Of a DNA stretch of 64,000 nt, positions 51,267-61,299 are shown piece by piece. The DNA is from a bacterium (GTDB taxonomy: Bacteria > UBA8248): the NCBI GenBank assembly GCA_965213625.1, contig CBDBZU010000004.1:2112001-2176000 (forward strand). Reading direction: 5' to 3'. The notes under the pieces were generated by a model. It made no database searches. It was not told the origin of the DNA and saw nothing but the letters and a program-made list of their open reading frames with translations. Every line of letters begins with the position of its first letter. The first letter of the stretch is position 1. A program made the position numbers and the translations under genes.

Positions 51267-51656
51267 GCCGCCTGGAAGGGGTTTGCTGACCTCGATCAGA
51301 AACCCGTTCGGGTCCTTCAGCATGAACATGCGCACGCCCCAGGGAGCGTCGCGGGGCGGAAAAATGACCTCCGCACCTTTTTTGATAAGTGCGTCATGGG
51401 CGCGGTCCACGTCCTCGGGTGTGAGCGTGACGACGACGCCCGAACCTCTTGGTTCCTGCAGGGGTTCGAGATTCCACTTGCGCATTTCCTCATCCGCGAT
51501 CGGCGCGTGGATGACGAGCGAGGTTCCTCCCAAATCATAGCGTACGTGGTCTTTCGCCCGGCTCGCTTCTTTCAACTCCAGCGTTTCGGTATAAAATCGA
51601 CAAGACGCCTCATAATCCTTAGTGATGAGAAACACGGCGGGCAGCGATTCGAACAA
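51258..51656 (-). CDS. VOC/glyoxalase family protein
   Basis: FY...L, DVD.....L...G, PWG.R.F..KDP.G..IE; AAGGAG RBS before TTG 51656. Confidence 0.85.
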   Translation of the reverse strand: MFESLPAVFLITKDYEASCRFYTETLELKEASRAKDHVRYDLGGTSLVIHAPIADEEMRKWNLEPLQEPRGSGVVVTLTPEDVDRAHDALIKKGAEVIFPPRDAPWGVRMFMLKDPNGFLIEVSKPLPGGSG

Positions 51657-51701
51657 GTGAAGACTCCTTGGTTTTCTTAAGTTCGCCTTCGGAGAAACGG
51701 T

Positions 51702-52385
51702 ATGGCCCATCCCCTGGTCGAGTTGAAAGAGGTATCCAAAACCTACGTCGCGGGTGACGCCCTCATTCACGCGCTCAAAGACGTGAGCTTCCGGGCGGAA
51801 TCAGGCGAGTTTATCACGGTTTCGGGCCCGAGCGGGTCGGGCAAGAGCACGTTCCTGCACCTGATGGGCGCTGTCGACGCGCCTTCGAGCGGCGAGGTTT
51901 TTTTGGGTGGTCGCGAAATATCGAGCTTGAGCGATGAGGGCCTGAGCGAAATCCGCCTGAAAGAAGTCGGCTTCATCCATCAGTTCTTTCACCTCATGCC
52001 GACGATGACCGCATACGAGAACATCGCCCTGCCCCTTATGCTTCAAGGCGTAAAACGGGCCGATATCAAAGAGATGGCCGAAAACGCCCTGGCGCGCGTG
52101 GGACTGGCGAACCGGATACGCAGCTTCCCGAGACAGCTCTCCGGCGGCGAGATGCAGCGCGTGGCCGTTGCGCGCGCCATCATCCACAAGCCCCGCCTGA
52201 TCCTCGCCGATGAGCCGACGGGAAACCTTGATACCGAAAACTCACGCAACGTCCTGGAACTCATCTCCGAACTCCACGTAGAAGACGGCTTTACGATCGT
52301 CATGGCGACCCACGACCAGATGCCCCTGCGCTACGCCACCCGGAAGGTCGGGATGACCGATGGCCGCCTTGAGGAGGGTTGTTGA
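51702..52385 (+). CDS. ABC transporter ATP-binding protein (LolD/MacB-like)
   Basis: GPSGSGKST, LSGGEMQR, ADEPTGNLD. Confidence 0.95.
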   Translation: MAHPLVELKEVSKTYVAGDALIHALKDVSFRAESGEFITVSGPSGSGKSTFLHLMGAVDAPSSGEVFLGGREISSLSDEGLSEIRLKEVGFIHQFFHLMPTMTAYENIALPLMLQGVKRADIKEMAENALARVGLANRIRSFPRQLSGGEMQRVAVARAIIHKPRLILADEPTGNLDTENSRNVLELISELHVEDGFTIVMATHDQMPLRYATRKVGMTDGRLEEGC

Positions 52386-52556
52386 AAAAACCGGAGAGGG
52401 AAAATTTGTTTGTGTGTAGGGGTCGCATATATGCGACCCTGATTTTTTTAACCCACTACAAGGGCCGCATGTATGTCGGACAAATATGTCCGACCTACAA
52501 AAACCGACCCTCCCCGGTCGCGAAAAGCCCTCGTTCATCAGGGGATTGTTGAAAAA
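52376..52556. repeat. REP-like cluster C between two IS-end-like motifs in direct orientation
   Basis: GGGTTGTTGAAAAA; GTAG+GGGTCGCATATATGCGACCC; GTCGGACAAATATGTCCGAC+CTAC; GGGGATTGTTGAAAAAG. Confidence 0.8.
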
Positions 52557-52642
52557 GTCCCCCAAAGGGGTTTTTGCCTTCCCAATCGAGAGTGTTCACC
52601 GTCATTCCGAGCGAGAAGGGGTTTCCTGGAGGAAGCGGATTG

Positions 52643-55237
52643 ATGAGCGTTACCGCCCAGCTTTTGCGGCTTCTCGCCTGGCGGCGTCTCAAGGAAGAGC
52701 CGTTTCGCCTGGTTCTCACACTGGTGGGTGTGGCGCTGGGCGTCGCCGTCTTTCTCGCAATCAAAATGGCGAACGAAACGTCCACCCGGGCGTTTGAGAA
52801 TAGTCTGGTGGCCATATCCGGCAAGACGCAACTCGAAGTTTCAGCGGGCGGTCTGGGTGTGGATGAGAATCTCATCTTAAAACTCCGGGCGATGAAGGAA
52901 GTGAAAAGAGCAACGCCCGTCATTCAGCAGCACATTTGGGTGAGGAAAGTCGGAGAGTCAGGTGCAAGGTGGCGGCGCGGCGCGCCTTCGCAAGGACGCG
53001 CCGTATTGGCCTTAGGGCTCGACTTGCTGGGGGACAATGATTTCAGGGGTTATGAGTTCGAAAATAAGTATTCGCGCGAGGAAGTTCTCTCACGCATCGC
53101 CGACCCGCAGGGCCTGTTCGTCGCCCGGGGAGCAGCCGATGCGCTGGGCGTCGGGGCAGGCGACTTCGTGGAAATCGAGGCTGCTCGGAGAATGCGTTTT
53201 CGCGTCCAGGGCGTCCTCAAGCCAGAGGGCATGGCGAAGTCGATGGACGGGCGCCTCCTCATCATGGATATCGGCGTTGCGCAGGAGGTGTTCGAGCGTT
53301 TCGGCCGTCTGGACCGAATCGATCTGATTCTCGAAGATGGAGGCGAAATCGAATCGATCCGCGAGAGAATCCAGAGCTTTCTCCCGCCCGGCGCGGTCGT
53401 CGAGCGGCCCGCGCGGCGCGGACGCGACGTGGAGAAGATGCTTGCGTCGTTCCAGCTCAATCTCACGGTGCTGAGCGTCATCGCACTCCTGGTGGGGTGT
53501 TTTCTGATTTACAACACGATGTCGGCTTCGGTATTGCGGCGAAGAGGTGAAATCGCCACCCTGCGCTCATTGGGTATGACGTCCAAGGCAATCATCTTCC
53601 TCTACGGGGCGGAGACGTTTTGCATCGGCCTGGCGGGTTCGTGCCTGGGCGTTGCGATGGGTGTGTTCATGGCCCAGGGCGCTCTCTCGTTCATCTCCCA
53701 GACGATCCGGAACCTCTATGCATTCCTGGAGGTGCGCCATGTACCTTTGGGGCCGGAGACACTTCTTTGGGGATTCGGCGTAGGCTTGGGTGTTTCTCTC
53801 GTTTCGGGTCTTTTCCCGGCAATCGCGGCTTCGCGCCAGACTCCGCGCCAGGGCGTCGTGGAAAGGCGCGGAAAAGTAGAGGTGCGGCCTGTGTTCATTG
53901 CTGCCTTGGTTGGGAGCGCTCTGCTCACTGCCCTTATCGCCTACTGGCTGAATTTGGGGGCAGTTGCGCGAGGAACTCCTCTGCCCGGCTATCTATCGGC
54001 GGCGGCGGTCGTCCTGGCCACCGCGCTTTTCAGCCTGCCGGTCGTTCTGTGCGGCTCTTTCATCGTCCGGCGTGTGCTGGGCGGCTCGGTGAACGCCTGG
54101 CTCGCCGCGCACGGTCTGGGCAGGCACCCGCATCGAAACGCGGTTACCCTATCTTCACTGGCGATCGCCGTGGCCATGCTGGTGAGCCTCATCATCATGA
54201 TAGAGAGTTTCCGCGCCACGGTGGAACTCTGGACGCAGCAGACGCTGAGAGCCGATTTCTACGCAGCACCCGCATCGCGCTTCATCAAGGGGTCAAATGC
54301 AAGTATTTCAGAAGATGTGCTCAAGAGCATCGGCGGCGTTTCTGGCGTCGCGGCGGTCGATGGCTTCCGGGCCGTGCGATTGCCCTGGCGCGGGAGGCGC
54401 ATCACCCTGGCGGGTGGGGATTTCCGCATCGTGGCCGAAAGGGGCCGGCTGCTGTTCGTGGATGGCGATTCGAAAGAAACGCTCACGAGGGCGAGGACGC
54501 GCGGCGAGGCGATAATTACGGAGACGTTCTCGAACCTCTACGGGGTGAAAAAAGGAGACCTCCTCCATCTACCGGCTCCTGGGGGCGCGGTCGCGGTGCG
54601 CGTTGCGGGCGTGTATTACGACTACACAACAGACGGCGGCTTCGTCGTGGTGGACCGAAAATTCCTGAAAAAACATTGGGGGGACGATCGCTTAAGTTCT
54701 CTGGCGATATATCTCACTGAAAATGCGCAGCCGGAAGACGTCCGAAAATCGCTCGAAGAAGTTCTCGACCCCACCATGGTGCTGATCTCGAACGCGGGTC
54801 TCAAAAAGCGCGTATCGAGCATTTTCGACCAGACGTTCGCCATCACGTATGCGCTGGAGTTTATCGCCGTTCTGGTGGCTCTTCTCGGTGTGGCTACGGG
54901 TTTGAGTTCCAACATTTTAGAGCGAGTACATGAAATCGGCGCGCTCCGCGCGATGGGCTTGAGCCGCAAGGGCATCGTATCCGCCATCATGGGGGAGGCG
55001 GTCATTATTGGGGTTCTCTCCGTGCTCGTCGGTCTCGCGTCCGGCGTGTGCCTGGCGGCCATTTTGATTTTCGTCGTCAACAAGCTGAGTTTCGGCTGGA
55101 CGATTCAGTATATTTTCGCCTGGAAGGGAATGGCGGTATATCTTCTCGTCGTGGTGCTCGCCTCGCTGGCGGCAAGCTGGTTTCCTGCGAGAGCCGCGGC
55201 GCGTATTCCGATTCGTGAGGCGTTGAGCGAAGAATGA
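52643..55237 (+). CDS. FtsX-like double-domain ABC permease (AttF/G-like)
   Basis: Two MacB/FtsX repeats (RR.EIATLRSLG; EIGALRAMG). Confidence 0.9.
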   Translation: MSVTAQLLRLLAWRRLKEEPFRLVLTLVGVALGVAVFLAIKMANETSTRAFENSLVAISGKTQLEVSAGGLGVDENLILKLRAMKEVKRATPVIQQHIWVRKVGESGARWRRGAPSQGRAVLALGLDLLGDNDFRGYEFENKYSREEVLSRIADPQGLFVARGAADALGVGAGDFVEIEAARRMRFRVQGVLKPEGMAKSMDGRLLIMDIGVAQEVFERFGRLDRIDLILEDGGEIESIRERIQSFLPPGAVVERPARRGRDVEKMLASFQLNLTVLSVIALLVGCFLIYNTMSASVLRRRGEIATLRSLGMTSKAIIFLYGAETFCIGLAGSCLGVAMGVFMAQGALSFISQTIRNLYAFLEVRHVPLGPETLLWGFGVGLGVSLVSGLFPAIAASRQTPRQGVVERRGKVEVRPVFIAALVGSALLTALIAYWLNLGAVARGTPLPGYLSAAAVVLATALFSLPVVLCGSFIVRRVLGGSVNAWLAAHGLGRHPHRNAVTLSSLAIAVAMLVSLIIMIESFRATVELWTQQTLRADFYAAPASRFIKGSNASISEDVLKSIGGVSGVAAVDGFRAVRLPWRGRRITLAGGDFRIVAERGRLLFVDGDSKETLTRARTRGEAIITETFSNLYGVKKGDLLHLPAPGGAVAVRVAGVYYDYTTDGGFVVVDRKFLKKHWGDDRLSSLAIYLTENAQPEDVRKSLEEVLDPTMVLISNAGLKKRVSSIFDQTFAITYALEFIAVLVALLGVATGLSSNILERVHEIGALRAMGLSRKGIVSAIMGEAVIIGVLSVLVGLASGVCLAAILIFVVNKLSFGWTIQYIFAWKGMAVYLLVVVLASLAASWFPARAAARIPIREALSEE

Positions 55238-56346
55238 GAAAACTATTCACAGCTCTTCTGGCCGCCGTTTTCATACTGGTCGCTGCGCCCGCGCATCCTG
55301 AGAGTTGGCGGCAGGCGCTCCCCGGTTATCGTTACCAGTTCCCACGCGATCACGGTGCGCACGAGAAGTTTCGTACAGAGTGGTGGTATTTCTCGGGAAA
55401 CCTGGAGGATGCGGGAGGAGAGAAATACGCCTTCATGCTCACGTTCTTCAGGGTGGGGCTTCGGCCGGGGATGCCCCGCAAATCGAAAAGCCGCTGGGCG
55501 CTCAGGAATCTATATTTCGGGCATTTCTCGGTCCTGGACGCGAATCGGGAGAAGCACCGGTTTTCAGAGCGAATCAGCCGTGGCGCTCTCGAGCAGGCGG
55601 GCGCGTCGGAGGAGGGTCTCAAGGTATGGCTGCGCGACTGGCGCGCCGAAAGCGTCGACGGGAATGGCCCATCCTCGCTCCGGATAAGCGCGGCGACGCC
55701 CGAGATGAAACTGCGCCTCAATTTGAAGCCCGTGAAACCCCTCGTTATTCACGGCAAGAACGGGGTGAGTCAGAAGGCTCCGGGTCCAGGGCGCGCGTCT
55801 CACTATTATTCGTACACGCGGCTTCTCGCGTCGGGTGCTCTCGAAATCGAAGGGAGACGGCTCGATGTTCGGGGAACGGCGTGGATGGACCATGAGTTCG
55901 GCTCGAACCAGCTATCGAAAGATCAGGTGGGCTGGGATTGGCTGAGTCTTCAGTTGTCCGACGGCCGGGATTTGATGTTATATCTCCTGAGACGAAAGGA
56001 CGGGAGCGTCGAGCCCACGAGCAGCGGCACGCTGGTTGCGGCGGATGGCAGCGCAACGCATCTGCGCCTCGGGGATTTCCGCTTCAAGGGCACGGGCAGC
56101 TGGAAGAGCGAGCGAAGTGGTGGTGTTTATCCCATGGGGTGGGAGGTCGAGGTTCCGTCGCATGGTCTTCGCTTGCGCGTTGAGCCCTATGCCCGCGCGC
56201 AGGAGATAGAATCTGCAGGCAGCACGGGGATCACCTATTGGGAAGGTGGTGTTTTCGCCAATGGCGTTTCGGGTGAAAAAAAGCTCACGGGGGTGGGATT
56301 TATCGAAATGACGGGGTACGCTCACGAGGGACGACCCAAATTCTGA
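55234..56346 (+). CDS. AttH/CrtC-like lipocalin-domain secreted protein
   Basis: FP.DHG.H...TEWWY, WMDHEF, GWDW..L, YWEG, E.TGY. Confidence 0.9.
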   Translation: MRKLFTALLAAVFILVAAPAHPESWRQALPGYRYQFPRDHGAHEKFRTEWWYFSGNLEDAGGEKYAFMLTFFRVGLRPGMPRKSKSRWALRNLYFGHFSVLDANREKHRFSERISRGALEQAGASEEGLKVWLRDWRAESVDGNGPSSLRISAATPEMKLRLNLKPVKPLVIHGKNGVSQKAPGPGRASHYYSYTRLLASGALEIEGRRLDVRGTAWMDHEFGSNQLSKDQVGWDWLSLQLSDGRDLMLYLLRRKDGSVEPTSSGTLVAADGSATHLRLGDFRFKGTGSWKSERSGGVYPMGWEVEVPSHGLRLRVEPYARAQEIESAGSTGITYWEGGVFANGVSGEKKLTGVGFIEMTGYAHEGRPKF

Positions 56347-56394
56347 TTTTCTACTCCCCTCGGGGGAATGGATTCTTATGTGTGGAGACGCGAG

Positions 56395-57291
56395 ATGGCG
56401 GAAAGCGCAAAAATCGGAGTCGTAGGACTGGGTCTCATGGGAACGGCCATGAGCCAGAAGCTGATGGAAGAGGGGCACAGCGTGCGGGGGTTCGACATCG
56501 ATCAAAGCAGGCTCGATGCGCTCGCCGCGAACGGAGGCACTCCCGCAAGTTCGGCGGCGGAGGCGGCGGAGGATGCGCAGTTCGTCATCATCTCCCTGCT
56601 CTACAGCCACGTCGTCCGCGAAACCTGCCTGGGCGACGGGGGAATAGCGAGCGTGGCGCGAGACGGCCTCATCATCATCGATACCTCCACGTCGAGCCCC
56701 GATGATTCGGCGCAACTCGGGGCGGACCTACGGGAAAGGGGAATCGGCTTTCTCGATGCGAGCCTCAGCGGTTCGCGCAATCAGGTGCTCGAGGGGAAGA
56801 TCGTCTCCGTCGTCGGGGGCGAGGATAGCGATTTCGAAGCGGGGGAGCCGATTCTGGCGACATTCGCCCGCTCCATCCACCACATGGGGTCGAACGGGGC
56901 GGGCGCGCGGACGAAGCTCGTCATCAACCTCGTGCTGGGCCTGACGCGCCTCGCGCTCTCGGAGGGTCTCGTCTTGGGCATGAAGTCGGGCCTCGATATG
57001 GAGCGCGTGCTCGAAGTGCTCAAGGACAGCGCGGCCTACAGCAAGGCCATGGACCAGCGCGGCCCCCGGATGATTCACGCGGATTACGACAACCCCCTCT
57101 CGCGCATCAAGCAGCACCACAAGGACGTGCGGCTCATGCTGGAGCAGGGCCAGAAACTCGGCTCCCCCATGCTGCTCAGTTCGGTGCACCAGCAGGTGCT
57201 CCAGGCCGCCGAGCATGGCGGGCTCGCGGATGCGGACACAGCGGCCATCATCGAGGTATTCAGGCGCATGGCGGGCATTCCCTCCCGCTAG
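56395..57291 (+). CDS. NAD(P)-dependent beta-hydroxyacid dehydrogenase
   Basis: GLGLMG, D.STS.P, DA..SG, KL..N, KD. Confidence 0.9.
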   Translation: MAESAKIGVVGLGLMGTAMSQKLMEEGHSVRGFDIDQSRLDALAANGGTPASSAAEAAEDAQFVIISLLYSHVVRETCLGDGGIASVARDGLIIIDTSTSSPDDSAQLGADLRERGIGFLDASLSGSRNQVLEGKIVSVVGGEDSDFEAGEPILATFARSIHHMGSNGAGARTKLVINLVLGLTRLALSEGLVLGMKSGLDMERVLEVLKDSAAYSKAMDQRGPRMIHADYDNPLSRIKQHHKDVRLMLEQGQKLGSPMLLSSVHQQVLQAAEHGGLADADTAAIIEVFRRMAGIPSR

Positions 57292-57327
57292 GCGTATGGC
57301 TCATACACACTGGAAGGACTCGCAGAC

Positions 57328-58923
57328 ATGGTGAAAAGAATATCCCCGGTTGTGCTGAAGGAATTGATGGATAGCTCCAGCGCGTACGCGGTGCTCGACG
57401 TGCGTGACCCGATGGAGTTTCACGAAAAACAGATTTTCATGACGACGAACGCCCCGCGCGGCGAGGTGGAAATCCTTGCGGCGCGCCTCGTGCCCGTGAA
57501 GTCGACGCCCGTGGTATGCATGGACGAGGGCGGCCTCCGGGCGGAGCGCGTCGCTGCGCTTTTTGAGGAATGCGGCTATGCGGACGTCTCGGTGCTCGAA
57601 GGCGGCCTGGGCGCATGGGAGGCGCAGGGCTTCCCCACGGCTTCAGGCACGAACGTGCCGAGCAAGGATTTCGGCGAGCGGATTCACGTGGAAAACGAGG
57701 TGCCCGAAATTACGGCCCGTGAGCTTTACGATCTGATCGATGGCGATACGCCCCCTCGCATATTCGATACGAGGACGGAGGTGGAATTCGAGCGCTTCTG
57801 CGTCCCCACGGGGCGGAGCCTGCCGGGAGGCGAACTCATCCTCCACGCGTGGGATCTGGACCAGGACAAGGAAACACCTCTCATCATCAACTGCGCGGGC
57901 CGCACCCGCAGCATCATCGGCACGCAGGCGCTTCACAGGCTGGGCGTCACGCACGCGCGCGCGCTCAAGAACGGCAGCATGGGCATCATACTCGAGGGCT
58001 TGCAACTCGAAGAGGGAAAACCGAGCGAGATTCCGGCTCCCTCAGATCAAAGCCGCGCCCACGGTGAGGTGCTCGGCGCGCAGGTGGCCGAAGAGGAGGG
58101 GATTCCCTTCGTATCGGTCGAGGAGCTTCGCGCGCTTCAGGCGCAAGCCGACAGCAGCACGCTCTACGTGCTCGACGTACGTCTCGCGCCCGAGTTTTCG
58201 GGAGGCCACATTCCGGGGGCCATCTCCATCCCAGGCGGGCAGGCGGCGCAGCGCACCGACGAGGTGGTCGCCGTGCGTGCGGGAAAAATCGTGACCTATT
58301 GCGATAAAAACGCGCGCGGCATCATGGCGGCATACTGGCTTCGCGAGATGGGGCTCGACGTCAGCGTGCTGCGTGGTGGCCTCACGGCGTGGCGTGAGAA
58401 TGGAGGAGCGCTCGAAAAACCGAGCGAGGCGGCTTCGGGAGAAAGCCCGGCGGGGGCGGGGGAAGTTCTTCTTCTCGAACAAGCGCGGGCGCAAACGCGC
58501 GCCTTTTCGTCGGGAGAGGCGAGCGCCCGGAGGTTCGGCGCGATTCTGGACGTGGATTTGAGTTCTTCCTACGAGGGAGGCCATCTGCCGGGTTCTCTCT
58601 GGGTATCCAGGGGCCGGCTCGAGGAAGAGGCGCCCGAGCGGGCGGAGAACAAAAGAGCGCGGGTGATGTGCGTCTGTGAGGATGGGCGAAAATCCGCCCT
58701 GAGTGCGCTTGCCCTGCAAAAAATCGGTTACCGGAGAGCCGGTTATCTCGAAGGGGGCAAGGCCGCCTGGCGGGAGGCGGGCCATTTCCTCGATACCGGA
58801 CGCGAGGGAATCGATGCGCAGCCCAAGGACGTGCAGCTCAAGCCCTACGACATCGGCCGAAGCGCGATGGAGGGCTACCTCACCTGGGAGGAGAACTTGG
58901 GGAAGAAATACGCCCGCAAGTAA
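57328..58923 (+). CDS. Four-domain rhodanese/sulfurtransferase
   Basis: Repeated DVR...F...H.PG and L.GG..AW motifs; CAGRTR active site. Confidence 0.9.
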   Translation: MVKRISPVVLKELMDSSSAYAVLDVRDPMEFHEKQIFMTTNAPRGEVEILAARLVPVKSTPVVCMDEGGLRAERVAALFEECGYADVSVLEGGLGAWEAQGFPTASGTNVPSKDFGERIHVENEVPEITARELYDLIDGDTPPRIFDTRTEVEFERFCVPTGRSLPGGELILHAWDLDQDKETPLIINCAGRTRSIIGTQALHRLGVTHARALKNGSMGIILEGLQLEEGKPSEIPAPSDQSRAHGEVLGAQVAEEEGIPFVSVEELRALQAQADSSTLYVLDVRLAPEFSGGHIPGAISIPGGQAAQRTDEVVAVRAGKIVTYCDKNARGIMAAYWLREMGLDVSVLRGGLTAWRENGGALEKPSEAASGESPAGAGEVLLLEQARAQTRAFSSGEASARRFGAILDVDLSSSYEGGHLPGSLWVSRGRLEEEAPERAENKRARVMCVCEDGRKSALSALALQKIGYRRAGYLEGGKAAWREAGHFLDTGREGIDAQPKDVQLKPYDIGRSAMEGYLTWEENLGKKYARK

Positions 58924-58941
58924 CGGGTTGAGCCTCGGCTA

Positions 58942-59388
58942 CTATTCCGGCACTGTGGGGTTCGGCGATGAACCCCGCGCCTGTTTTCTCGCGTTCAGTG
59001 AGGCGATGATCTCGTATTCGAGGGTTTCGTTGTACGTGTTTACCTGTCTCGGAATCGTGAACAAATCCACAACCCACCAGACGCCATAGATGAGCAGGGC
59101 GAGCAGGCTTAAGCCTGCGGTCGCGCCGCCCGCTTCGAGATTCGATTCCGCCATGACGACGCCGAGCACGAAAAAAACGATAAAAATCCACGGGGCGACA
59201 ACATAGGCGATGCCTGTCGCTATTTTCCCCAGATAGAATTTGTGAATCCCCAGCCAACTGAGAAAAAACCAAAGGCCGTACGTGACGCCCGTCGATTTCC
59301 TGCGGCGGTCGAGTTCGATGTTCAGTATGTGGAGTTCGCGCTCGTCCAGCCCGCTCTTAAGTGCGATGAGCCTCACGCTTTGGTTCAT
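58942..59388 (-). CDS. TM2 domain protein
   Basis: KS....Y.LW.FL..LG.H.FYLG, W..DLF.IP..V. Confidence 0.88.
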   Translation of the reverse strand: MNQSVRLIALKSGLDERELHILNIELDRRRKSTGVTYGLWFFLSWLGIHKFYLGKIATGIAYVVAPWIFIVFFVLGVVMAESNLEAGGATAGLSLLALLIYGVWWVVDLFTIPRQVNTYNETLEYEIIASLNARKQARGSSPNPTVPE

Positions 59389-59390
59389 GA

Positions 59391-59981
59391 TTACTTGCAG
59401 CCGTTATGGAGCCGCCACATTTTCGCGTTGTGGCCCTTGGGGACGTTGGCACAGGGGTCCGCCTTGGAATAGCCCCTGAGCGCGTTGTAGGTATTTATCT
59501 GCTTCTCGGTGAGAATCTTGAGAGTCTCGATGTGCGCTGCCAGATGGACGTAGCGCAATTCCTTTTTCGTTTCGGCGATGGCGTTAAGCGATGCGCGCAG
59601 CAGCGCGTCGGTGATGGATCGGTTGCGGAAACCGCTCTCGAGACGCCGTTCCAGATCGATCAGACGTTCACCCTGAAGGATGGCCCGGCTCTTCATGCGC
59701 CGGTAAATCGCGTTGATGGCCGAGCGCTGGGTGTCGTCGAGACCGATTTCGTTTTTCATCTCCAGAAGATGGATCGGCCCCGGGACGCCGTTCAACTCAG
59801 CCGCCAAGGCCAGCCCCCAGCCGCCTCCGCGCCTGAGTTCGGCGATGTCTTCCGCCGAGAGGCTTTTGATCTCCCGGCCCTGCTGGCCGGCGTATTTGGA
59901 GCGGTGGGACGATGCGTTCTCGTTCGCATGTGCGGTGAAAGCGGGCAACAAAACAGCGAGAATCAACAATAATCTTGTCAT
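59391..59981 (-). CDS. Secreted helical protein (Spy/CpxP-like)
   Basis: Signal peptide; G.G.GLA..AELNG.PGP.H.L; L..LT.KQ...Y..LRGY. Confidence 0.65.
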   Translation of the reverse strand: MTRLLLILAVLLPAFTAHANENASSHRSKYAGQQGREIKSLSAEDIAELRRGGGWGLALAAELNGVPGPIHLLEMKNEIGLDDTQRSAINAIYRRMKSRAILQGERLIDLERRLESGFRNRSITDALLRASLNAIAETKKELRYVHLAAHIETLKILTEKQINTYNALRGYSKADPCANVPKGHNAKMWRLHNGCK

Positions 59982-60053
59982 GCAGGTATCTCCAAGGACT
60001 TTAATTCGGCGGCGCTGGTATGGCGATGTGGTTTCTCTGACGGAGGCTTCTGC

Positions 60054-60338
60054 TCAGGCGTTGATAATGCCGGGTTCGTTCCGGCCGATGTCCCATCCCT
60101 TCGTTTCCATGAAGCCCTTGAACTTGTCCCAATCGAATTTGCCGGATTCATGGAACTCAAGGATGGCTTCCCGTGACAGGCGCATTTTCATCCACTGGTA
60201 GAGCGCCTCCCCGAGCGTATCGTGATGTTCGGCGGCGAATTCCACCAGCGGAATTCCTTCGGGCTCGAGTACGATCCAGTAACTGCTCCTGTATCTTACC
60301 AGCTTCAAGTCTTCTTCCAAAGTCCTGGGTTCGCTCAT
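60054..60338 (-). CDS. Hypothetical protein
   Basis: 94-aa ORF with ATG and plausible composition. Confidence 0.55.
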   Translation of the reverse strand: MSEPRTLEEDLKLVRYRSSYWIVLEPEGIPLVEFAAEHHDTLGEALYQWMKMRLSREAILEFHESGKFDWDKFKGFMETKGWDIGRNEPGIINA

Positions 60339-60488
60339 TATCTTGTCCGAGTCCTCGTAATGAATACGGCGGTTCCGTGTGATTTCTCGTCCGGTCCATC
60401 GCCTGCAACCCGCCCGTATTGCACCCTCGTGTCCTGAGAATATAACAAGGCCTCCAGTACAATGGAATAAATTTTGTGTAAAGAATCT

Positions 60489-61139
60489 TCACTCCCATTT
60501 TCTTCGCATCATCTTGACGAGTTCGGCGCCCGATTCGCCCGCGTCGAACCTCCGGGTGAATTCTTCCTCGATTTCCATGACGATTCGCGTACGCTCGCGA
60601 ACCCTTTGAGCTTCTTTTATCGGGACTACGGCCACGCCGTCCGCATCGGCGACGACGATGTCTCCCGGCGCAACCCGCACTCCGCAGCAGGTGACGGGAA
60701 CGTCGCGCTCCGCAGCGACCAGGCGCCTGGAGTAGGGCAGGGGCCTCGCGCCGCAGCACCACACGGGAAGGCCCAACTCCCTGATTTCCAGGACGTCGCG
60801 CGCGCGCCCGTCCGTGACGACGCCCGCTGCGCCTCGCCTGTGGATGACGCGCGCGCCGTTGGCTCCCAGAACGGCCATGTCGCTCGCTTCAGTTGCGAGC
60901 ACGACGAACTTGCCCGGCTCCATCTCCTCATGCGTTCCGTAGAGGCTCACGCGGGAGGGGCTCACCTCGCCCCGGACGGGCTCGAAGCGCATGGTGGCCG
61001 CAGGGGCGGCGACGCGCTCCTCCGTGAAGGGCGTGAGCGGGCCGATGTCCTTCATGATGAGGTCGAGTCCCAAGAATATCGAGGCGTCCGCGATGGCCGT
61101 CGTCGGCGCGCGGGTGAAGAATTCGAGAGCGTCTTCCAT
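60489..61139 (-). CDS. RraA/HMG aldolase family protein
   Basis: G.V.DG..RD, V.PGD.VVAD.DGV.VVP. Confidence 0.88.
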   Translation of the reverse strand: MEDALEFFTRAPTTAIADASIFLGLDLIMKDIGPLTPFTEERVAAPAATMRFEPVRGEVSPSRVSLYGTHEEMEPGKFVVLATEASDMAVLGANGARVIHRRGAAGVVTDGRARDVLEIRELGLPVWCCGARPLPYSRRLVAAERDVPVTCCGVRVAPGDIVVADADGVAVVPIKEAQRVRERTRIVMEIEEEFTRRFDAGESGAELVKMMRRKWE

Positions 61140-61299
61140 GGGGTTCTCCATCGGGTGAGAAGCGTGGGTATGAAGGTTTCTCCTGGGCTATAAGAAGTCC
61201 CCTATTTGAAAAACAAGTCTTTATAAATTATTATTCCATATTGCGAGCGTACCAAAGGACCCTTTATACATTTCAAGTCCTTGAGGAGTGCGTGGAAAA

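Noticed and set aside
59979-60056. TGA of the 94-aa ORF is in frame with the downstream secreted protein
   Set aside because: The downstream gene has its own RBS and signal peptide; there is no Cys context or SECIS-like hairpin
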